Positions 1 through 5,543 of a DNA stretch of 6,179 nt are shown in pieces (positions within the stretch are counted from its first letter, which is position 1; each line of letters opens with the position of its first letter). Under the pieces are notes generated by a model. It did not search any database and was not told where the DNA came from. It worked only from the letters and a program-made list of their open reading frames with translations. This DNA is from Octopus sinensis. Its lineage: Eukaryota. A program made the translations under genes and the position numbers. Location of the stretch: assembly GCF_006345805.1 (NCBI RefSeq), contig NW_021829774.1:1-6179 (forward strand), in the 5' to 3' direction.

Positions 1-71
1 TTAACAACTCTGCTGACCCCAAAATTGAACCTGAATCCTGAATTCTACATCGTCACAATATGAGTATTTAC

Positions 72-150
72 TACAACCATCAACATCACCACAGTCATCG
101 TCGTCGTAGTAGTAGTAATAGTAGTAGTAGTAATAATAATAATAATAATA
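72..150. repeat. Compound trinucleotide microsatellite (CAT/CAC-like -> TCG -> TAG -> TAA)
   Basis: Read directly: ...catcaccacagtcatcgtcgtcgtagtagtagtaatagtagtagtagtaataataataat. Confidence 0.9.
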
Positions 151-156
151 AATGAA

Positions 157-386
157 AATGGTGCCGATTGGCAGAAACGTTATCACACCGGGAGAAATGC
201 TTCGCAGTATTTCGTCTGTCTTTATGTTCAGAGTTCAAAATCCGCCGAGGTCGATTTTGCCTATCATCCTTTCGGGGTCGATAATTAAATACCAGTTGCG
301 CACTGGAGTTGATCTAATCGACTGGCCCTCTTCCCCTACAAATTTCGGGCCTTGTGCCTGGAGTAGAAAAGGATAATAATAATAAT
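157..386 (+). mobile_element. tRNA-derived SINE, family A, near full length
   Basis: A-box-like TGGCAGAAACGTT (169-181) and B-box-like GAGTTCAAAATCC (231-243). Central domain GCCTATCATCCTTTCGGGGTCGATAATTAAATACCAG resembles, from memory, the MESC/Meta-type SINE domain. Tail GGCCTTGTGCCTGGAGTAGAAAAGG plus AAT repeats. Homologous to the reverse complement of several other copies in the window. Confidence 0.88.
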
Positions 387-387
387 G

Positions 388-739
388 ATTTCACAATTTT
401 GTCCACAAGGGCAGCTTGGTGAGGGGTTTAAGTTGATTACAATCGACCCGTGGACCCCTGGAGTCAATAAATAAAGTACTAGTTATGCACTGGGATCAAT
501 GTAATCGAATTAATCCCTTTATCTGTCCTTGTTTGTCCCCTCTATGTTTAGCCTCTTGTGGGCAATAAAGGAATATATACATCGACCCAAGTGTTTCCAC
601 AGGTACTTAATTTATTGACCCCGAAATGATAAAAGGCAAAGCCGACCTCAGCAGAATTAGAACTCAGAATGTAGCAACAGGCTAAATACAGCTAGGTATT
701 TTGCTCAGTGTCCTAATGATTCTGCCAGCTCACTGCCTT
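388..739 (-). mobile_element. SINE family A, full length, interrupted by a nested insertion (450-577)
   Basis: Reverse complement begins AAGGCAGTGAGCTGGCAGAATCATTAGG (head ending at 739), then GAGTTCTAATTCTGC (B-box-like), the central domain at ~600-650 and tail CCCTTGTGGACAAAATTGTGAAA. It is split at tac(a)atcgaccc. Confidence 0.85.
450..577 (+). mobile_element. 5'-truncated family-A-type SINE 3' end nested in another SINE, with target-site duplication
   Basis: GGAGTCAATAAATAAAGTACTAGTTATGCACTGGGATCAATGTAATCGA matches the 3' half of the family A domain and is followed by a different tail (TGTCCTTGTTTGTCCCCTCTATGTTTAGCCTCTTGTGGGCAATAAAGGAAT). Flanks: TACAATCGACCC (438-449) and TACATCGACCC (578-588). 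Confidence 0.8.
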
Positions 740-929
740 TGCCACAAGGGTAGCTTAGGTGAGGGGATTAAGTTGATTACATCGACCCCAGTATTTCACT
801 GGTACTTAATTTATCAACGCCGAAAGGATGAAAGGCAAAGTCGGCCTCAGCAGAATCGGAACTCAGAACATACTGGCAGGCTAAATACCACGAACCATTT
901 TGCCCGGCATGCTAACAATTCTCCCAGCT
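740..929 (-). mobile_element. SINE family A, array copy X
   Basis: Tail GCCACAAGGG at 741, central domain 781-840, head ending ...GCTAACAATTCTCCCAGCT at ~929. Confidence 0.85.
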
Positions 930-1241
930 TTTTACTAAAGGCACAAGGCCAGAAATTTGGGGTGAGGACCAGTCGATCACATCTACCCCAGTATTTCACT
1001 GGTACTTAATTTATTGACCCCGAAAGGATGAAAGGCAAAGTCGGCCTCAGCAGAATCGGAACTCAGAACATACTGGCAGGCTAAATACCACGAACCATTT
1101 TGCCCGGCATGCTAACAATTCTCCCAGCTTTTTACTAAAGGCACAAGGCCTGAAATTTGGGGTGAGGACCAGTCGATCACATCTACCCCAGTATTTCACT
1201 GGTACTTAATTTATTGACCCTGAAAGGATGAAAGGCAAAGT
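820..1241. repeat. Tandem duplication, period 200 bp
   Basis: 820-1041 versus 1020-1241 aligns ungapped with 2 mismatches (951a/1151t, 1021c/1221t), counted by eye. Confidence 0.95.
930..1129 (-). mobile_element. SINE family A, chimeric middle array copy (tail of copy Y, head of copy X)
   Basis: 930-1020 matches 1130-1220 (one mismatch, 951/1151). 1021-1129 is identical to 821-929. Confidence 0.88.
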
Positions 1242-1274
1242 TGAACTCAGAATGTAAAGACGGACGAAATGCTG
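1130..1274 (-). mobile_element. SINE family A, array copy Y, 5'-truncated with a small internal deletion
   Basis: ACTAAAGGCACAAGGCCTGAAATTT tail and central domain. GGCAAAGTT|GAACTCAG lacks the GACCTCGG..GAATT segment seen in other copies. Ends at GACGGACGAAATGCTG. Confidence 0.85.
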
Positions 1275-1465
1275 TGTTTGTTTCCCACCATCGCTTGACA
1301 ACCGATAGTGGCATGTCTATGTTACCATAACTTAGCGGATCGGCAACAGAGACTGATAGAATAAGTACTAGGCTTACAAAGAAAAATTGCTGGAGTTGAC
1401 TTGTTCAACTAAAAGGCAGTGCTCCAGCATGGCCGCAGTCAAATGACTGAAACAAATAAAAGAAT
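1273..1465 (+). mobile_element. SINE family B, 3' module only
   Basis: CCATCGCTTGACAACCGATAGTGG...TAACTTAGCGGATCGGCAACAGAGACTGATAGAATAAGTACTAGGCTTACAAAG...GTGCTCCAGCATGGCCGCAGTCAAATGACTGAAACAA. Matches 6105-6179 and the reverse complement of 2232-2410. Confidence 0.88.
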
Positions 1466-1584
1466 ATACACACATACATACATACACTAGGCATTATTTT
1501 TTAATTCTTTTTATGCTGTATTTTTTATGTGTGTGTGTGTGTTTGTGCATGTTTTTACATATATATACGTATGTATATATACGT
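1466..1584. repeat. (CA)/(TA)/(TG) microsatellite and low-complexity stretch
   Basis: tatacacacatacatacatacac ... gtgtgtgtgtgt ... atatatacgtatgtatatatac. Confidence 0.85.
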
Positions 1585-1777
1585 GTACCGTTGGCGATTT
1601 TTTTGCTCTGTCTTCCCTTCTCTGGATCTTTCCTTCTCCTATGTTTCCGACGAAGAGCTCTGCTCAAAATGTTAAACCCTCCTTCTTTCCTTCTTTCCTA
1701 AGCGTCCAATAATACTATATTTGTTCCATGTCCTCGCGTTGTTGTGTTTTTTTGTGCTTTCTTGTTTGGATTAACTA
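1585..1777 (+). mobile_element. Probable Penelope-like element (pseudo-LTR) remnant
   Basis: Pyrimidine-rich non-SINE segment bounded by TA microsatellites and centred on a minimal hammerhead-type motif. Such motifs are established hallmarks of Penelope-like elements. Boundaries are approximate and no RT or GIY-YIG coding sequence is seen. Confidence 0.55.
1643..1677 (+). ncRNA. Degenerate minimal type I hammerhead ribozyme motif
   Basis: GUUU [CCGACGA] A [GAGC-UCU-GCUC] [AAAA] UGU U AAAC. Stem I is 1643-46 paired with 1674-77, in exact register. Core C3-A9 is 1647-53, stem II is 1655-58/1662-65, and the GAAA box is 1666-69. Helix III 'ACGU' appears as AUGU (1669-72) and the cleavage-site base is 1673. 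There are three deviations from the canonical motif. Confidence 0.65.
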
Positions 1778-1802
1778 CATATATACATATATATATATAT
1801 AT
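1778..1802. repeat. (TA)n microsatellite
   Basis: catatatacatatatatatatatat read directly. Confidence 0.9.
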
Positions 1803-2218
1803 AGTTTACATCTAGTTAAATGGAGAAAAGAAAATGGAGATAAGGAAGTTAAAAATTATTTATTATTAGCAAATTCATCATCTTTATTTCTTTACATCCG
1901 TTTCAATTAATACTCAATAATTCAATTTAAAATATTCTGCATTAAATTTGCATTTTTGTGACATGAGTCTGCTGAATGGAACTGATAGGTCCACATATGA
2001 CATCCCAAAGTACATCCTTTGCTCTGATGAAATTATGCTCCTGTCGCATAAATGCAAATTTAACGTACAAATTTGTAATTAAATTATCGAGTATTATTTG
2101 AAACAGCTGGTAAGAAGCGAAGATGACCAATTTGTTAATCATAAATAATTATAAACTTTCCTGCTCTCCATTTTCTTTTTTCTTTTAACTGGATACAAAC
2201 TATATTCTTAATATACTC

Positions 2219-2620
2219 TTTACTCTTTTTCTTGTTTCAGTCATTTGACTGCGGCCATGCTGGAGCACCACCACCTTTAGTTGAGCAAATCGATCCGGGA
2301 CTTATTCTTTGTAAGCCCAGTAACTTATTCTATCGGTCCTCTTTTGCCGAACGCTAGGTGACGGGGACTTCAACAACACCAGCATCGGTTGTCAGGCAAT
2401 GCTAGGGGACAAACACAAACACACAAACACCTACACATATATATATATACATATATACGACAGGCTTCTTTCAGTTTCCGTCTACCAAATCCACTCACAA
2501 GGCATTGGTCAGCCCGGGGCTATAGCAGAAGACACTTGCCCAAGATGCCACGCAGTGGGACTGAACCTGGAACCATGTGGTTGGTTAGCGAGCTACTTAC
2601 CACACAGTCACACCTGCGCC
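2219..2620 (-). mobile_element. SINE family B, full length (tRNA head + CORE-like + microsatellite + 3' module)
   Basis: Reverse complement starts GGCGCAGGTGTGACTGTGTGGTAAGTAGC, with B-box GGTTCAGTCCC, CORE-like ATCTTGGGCAAGTGTCTTC, internal TA/TG repeat at ~2411-2459 and 3' end GCTCCAGCATGGCCGCAGTCAAATGACTGAAACAAG. Colinear with 5850-6179. Confidence 0.92.
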
Positions 2621-2764
2621 TGTATATCCCTATATTTCCCTATTGTTTTAAGGGAATTTAATTCCCCAATAATACCAGGTATTGAACCAGTATTTTCTTG
2701 GATACAACCATCCCTTCTCAGGGTTAACATATCCTCTAATTAAATTTTATATATTGTTTTATTA

Positions 2765-3114
2765 TTTTACTTGTTTCAGTCATTTGACTGGCCATGCTGG
2801 AGCACCACCTAGGACTTCTTTGTAAGCTTAGTACTTATTCTATCAGTCTCTTTTGCCAAATCACTAAGTTACAGGCACGTAAACCATAAACACACCAATA
2901 TCCATTGTCAAGCGATAGTGAGCGGGGGACACACAGACACACAAACATACACGATGGGCTTCTTTCAGTTTCTGTCAACCAAATCCACTCACAAGGCTTT
3001 GGTCAGCCCGAGGCTATAGCAGAGGACATTTTCCCAAGGTGCCACACAGTGGGACTGAACCCGGAACCATGTGGTTAGGAAGCAAGCATCTTGTCACACA
3101 GCCACCCCTGCACC
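2765..3114 (-). mobile_element. SINE family B, full length, with a ~21-bp deletion
   Basis: Same organisation as 2219-2620, with a short internal repeat (~2931-2952). CACCT|AGGAC lacks the TTAGTTGAGCAAATCGATCC segment of the neighbouring copy. Confidence 0.9.
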
Positions 3115-3470
3115 TACATACATACATATATATATATATACACACATATGCATGCATACTCATGCATGCATATATTCGTAACTATATATTATTTATAGCT
3201 GTATATCAATATTTGATGGGCTTCTTTCAGTTTCCTTCAATCAAATCCACTTGCAGAGCTTGTATTGGCCTTGAGCCATATCCACAAACATCTACACATA
3301 CATATCCATGTATACATATATATATATATAAACATAGTAATATATACACACATACAAAAATACATACATATATAAGACATATATACATATAAGATAAAAA
3401 TACGTACATACATACATATGCTCACAGACAAATATACATACACACTCATATATACACCCACAAACCTACA
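3115..3470. repeat. Degenerate (TACA)/(TA)/(CA) microsatellite field, interrupted by 3215-3280
   Basis: tacatacatacatatatatatatatacacacatatg... read directly. Confidence 0.88.
3215..3280 (-). mobile_element. Degenerate family B fragment (end of 5' module)
   Basis: GATGGGCTTCTTTCAGTTTCCTTCAATCAAATCCAC matches 2953-2990 and then decays. Confidence 0.7.
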
Positions 3471-3557
3471 CAGATAGTATCCCATTATAGAGAAGAAAAT
3501 AACCAGGAATCAAAAATGAGAAAAAATGACGGGGGGGGGGGCAAATATCAAAAGGCA

Positions 3558-4138
3558 AAAGAAAAAACAAAGAAGAAGATGATGATGATGATGATGAAGA
3601 AAAAGAAGAGGAAAAAAAGAAGAAGAAGAAGAAGAAAAGGAAGAAAAAGAAGACGAAGAAGATTATGATGATAGTGATGATGAAGGAAAAAAAGAAGAGG
3701 AAAAAAGGAAGAAGAGGATGCTGAAGGAAAAGAAGAAGAAAAAGAAGAAGAAAAAGAAGAAGAAGAAGAAGAAAAAGAAGAAGAAAAAGAAGAAGAAGAA
3801 TTGGAAAAAGAAAAAGAAGAAGAAAAAGAAGAAAAGAAGAAGAAAAAGAAGAAAAAGAAGAAGGAAAAGAAAAAGAAGAAAAAAGAAGAAAAAGAAAAAG
3901 AAAAAAAGAAGAAAAAGAAGAAGAATTGGAAGAAGAAAAAGAAGAAGGAGAAGAAAAAGAAGAAGGAAAAGAAAAAGAAGAAAAAAGAAGAAAAAGAAAA
4001 AGAAGAAAAAAAGAAGAAAAAGAAGAAGAATTGGAAGAAGAAAAAGAAAAGAAGAAAAAGAAGAAGAAAAAGAAAGAAGAAAAAAAAGAAGAAAAAGAAA
4101 AAAAAGAAGAAAAAGAAGAAGAAAAAGAAGAGGAAGAA
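3558..4138. repeat. Long purine-rich (GAA)n/(GAAAAA)n tract with GAT interruptions at its start
   Basis: Almost purely G/A on the + strand. The only T or C bases in 3722-4138 are three AATTGG interruptions. Confidence 0.95.
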
Positions 4139-4305
4139 TGCTTGTTCTTATCAGTGGTGTTATAGTAAGACATGTCACAATCAGTGTTGTGATAAAGAAC
4201 TGTGCATGGTTTCCTCCTACACAAGTTAGAAAAACCTGCCAAATATAGAACTGAGTGCGTGAACGCTTGGCAGATGGCAAACTGACTTCTAAATACAGTG
4301 GATCA

Positions 4306-4468
4306 ATAATCCATTTCTACTAAAGGCACAAGGCCTGAAATTTTAGGGGGAGGGGACTAGTCGATTACATCGACCCCCAGTGTTTCATTGGCCCTTATTT
4401 CATTGACCTCGAAAAGAAAAACCTCGGTGGAATTTGAACTCAGAACGTAAAGACGGACGAAATGCTGC
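4306..4468 (-). mobile_element. SINE family A, 5'-truncated
   Basis: ATAATCCATTTCTACTAAAGGCACAAGGCCTGAAATTTT...AGTCGATTACATCGACCCCCAG...GGAATTTGAACTCAGAACGTAAAGACGGACGAAATGCTGC. Confidence 0.88.
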
Positions 4469-4477
4469 AATAATAAT

Positions 4478-4514
<37 letters not shown>

Positions 4515-4547
4515 TTAATAATGATAATAATAATAATAATGATAATA
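4469..4547. repeat. (AAT)n microsatellite
   Basis: Read directly, with a few ATT/GAT interruptions. Confidence 0.95.
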
Positions 4548-4725
4548 GTTTCAAATTTGCCACAAGGGCAGCAATTTTAGGGGAGGGGACCAGTCAGTTA
4601 CACTGTACCCCAGTGCACAACTGGTATTTATTTAACCACCCCTGAAAGGATGAAAGGCAAAGTTGATCTCGGTGGAATTTGAACTCAGAATGTAGGCACG
4701 CTAAAGATTCTGCCAGCTCGCCACC

Positions 4726-4727
<2 letters not shown>
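4548..4727 (-). mobile_element. SINE family A with both ends and an internal deletion in the head
   Basis: Tail TTTCAAATTTGCCACAAGGGCAGC, central domain, B-box GGAATTTGAACTC and head end GATTCTGCCAGCTCGCCACCTT. The junction AATGTA|GGCACG at 4694/4695 lacks about 30 nt. Confidence 0.88.
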
Positions 4728-4759
<32 letters not shown>

Positions 4760-4771
4760 TAATAATAATAA
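4728..4771. repeat. (AAT)n microsatellite
   Basis: Read directly. Confidence 0.95.
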
Positions 4772-5089
4772 TTCATTCGTTTATTGGCCACAAGGGCTAA
4801 CAAAAATCAATTAAAACATAAAGGGACAAAACACAGGATGAAAGTTAAAAAGGGTTTTGTCCGTTTGAAAAAGGTCCATGTACAAAAGCAGGATAACAAC
4901 AAAATATAAGTAAAACTCCCAATAGAGAGAGGCACTTCGAAAGGGTTACTTGTGGAAAAACCCATAAAAGCCATGGAGCCTGGTCAAAAGGGGGGTAGAG
5001 AGCCCCTTTTTCCTTTTAATTCTCACAGGTGTATCCTCAGAATTGGTTCATTCATACTGGCCATTCTTGCAACATTCACCCAACTTTCA

Positions 5090-5092
<3 letters not shown>
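4772..5092 (-). mobile_element. Probable LINE 3' end (last ORF2 codons + 3' UTR + tail), possibly L1/Tx1 clade
   Basis: Minus strand 5091-5023 reads IESWVNVARMASMNEPILRIHL*, which resembles from memory the C-termini of octopus LINE-derived ORFs. It is followed by a ~250-nt T-rich UTR ending GCCCTTGTGGCCAATAAACGAAT plus (ATT)n. The clade assignment is unverified. Confidence 0.5.

Positions 5093-5143
<51 letters not shown>
5093..5143. repeat. (AAT)n microsatellite, near perfect
   Basis: About 17 consecutive AAT units read directly. Confidence 0.97.
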
Positions 5144-5144
<1 letters not shown>

Positions 5145-5275
5145 CCTCTCTACTACAGGCGCAAGACCTGAAATTTGGAGTTGGGGAGATAGTCGATTAC
5201 TTTGACCCCCAGTCCTCAACTGGTATTTAATTTATCGACCCCGAAAGAATGAAAGACAAAGTTGACCCCGGTGGC
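5141..5275 (-). mobile_element. SINE family A, 3' part only (truncated before the B box)
   Basis: TAATCCTCTCTACTACAGGCGCAAGACCTGAAATTTGG...TTTATCGACCCCGAAAGAATGAAAGACAAAGTTGACCCCGGTGG. Confidence 0.85.
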
Positions 5276-5294
5276 AATAATAATAATAATTATT

Positions 5295-5359
5295 ATTTCT
5301 TTATTAACCACAAAGGGTTTACATTAAAAAAAAAAACATTCTGGACAGCATAGGACAAA
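5295..5359 (-). mobile_element. Short retroposon tail fragment related to the 4772 and 450-577 tails; host site of the mariner
   Basis: Reverse complement reads TGTCC..TGTCC...AAACCCTTTGTGGTTAATAAAGAAAT, similar to GCCCTTGTGGCCAATAAACGAAT and GCCTCTTGTGGGCAATAAAGGAAT. Confidence 0.55.
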
Positions 5360-5361
5360 TA

Positions 5362-5391
5362 TTGGGTTGTCCAGAAAGTTCATGCCGATTT
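5362..5391 (+). repeat. Left terminal inverted repeat of the mariner (~30 bp)
   Basis: TA-flanked. Pattern TTGGGTTG...GCCGATTT resembles from memory mariner TIRs such as the mellifera-type TTGGGTTGGC...GCGGATTT. The partner TIR is not visible. Confidence 0.75.
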
Positions 5392-5543
5392 ATAGTAGCT
5401 TACCTATCGACTTATTTTAGAACATGGTTGAGTCCATAAAATAGAATTTAACTACACCTCCATTTAGAGCACAGTTTAAGCTATCTTTTCGTGGAAGAAG
5501 GTTTATGTTCCTATAACCTGTGTTAATTCTGTAATCCTTTAAA

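Noticed and set aside
1-70. Possible decayed repeat at the window start
   Set aside because: Similarity to the SINE motifs is too short to support a call.
781-1241. CRISPR-like or satellite array
   Set aside because: The units are 200-bp SINE monomers with no repeat-spacer structure, in a eukaryotic context.
2024-2065. CUGAUGA followed by a hairpin (second hammerhead or C/D box)
   Set aside because: There is no GAAA box after the stem (GCAAA), no stem I in register and no downstream D-box CUGA.
1963-2116. Possible exon: ATG ORF 1963-2082, donor-like G|GTAAGA near 2110, acceptor-like TTCTTACCAG on the minus strand
   Set aside because: The peptides are unrecognisable and there is no consistent acceptor-frame-donor set. 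RNA-seq would be needed.
2652-2683. Adjacent palindromes GGGAATT-T-AATTCCC and AATACC-A-GGTATT
   Set aside because: Short arms in AT-rich DNA are near chance expectation, and there is no supporting context.
152-3485. Remaining short ORFs in the track
   Set aside because: All except 1728-1910 and 1942-2142 lie mostly in SINEs or microsatellites, and none shows a recognisable domain.
3531-3541. G11 run as a G-quadruplex
   Set aside because: It is a single short homopolymer with no further G-tracts.
4144-4245. Imperfect inverted repeat GTTCTTATCA/TGATAAAGAAC and a minus-strand acceptor-like CTAACTTGTGTAG
   Set aside because: Weak pairing, and the downstream frames run into the TTC tract or stop.
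3466-4280. Five long ORFs (poly-K/R, poly-E/K, poly-F/S/L) on both strands
   Set aside because: They are artefacts of a stop-free GAA/TTC tract. Open frames appear on both strands, and there is no domain or credible gene structure.
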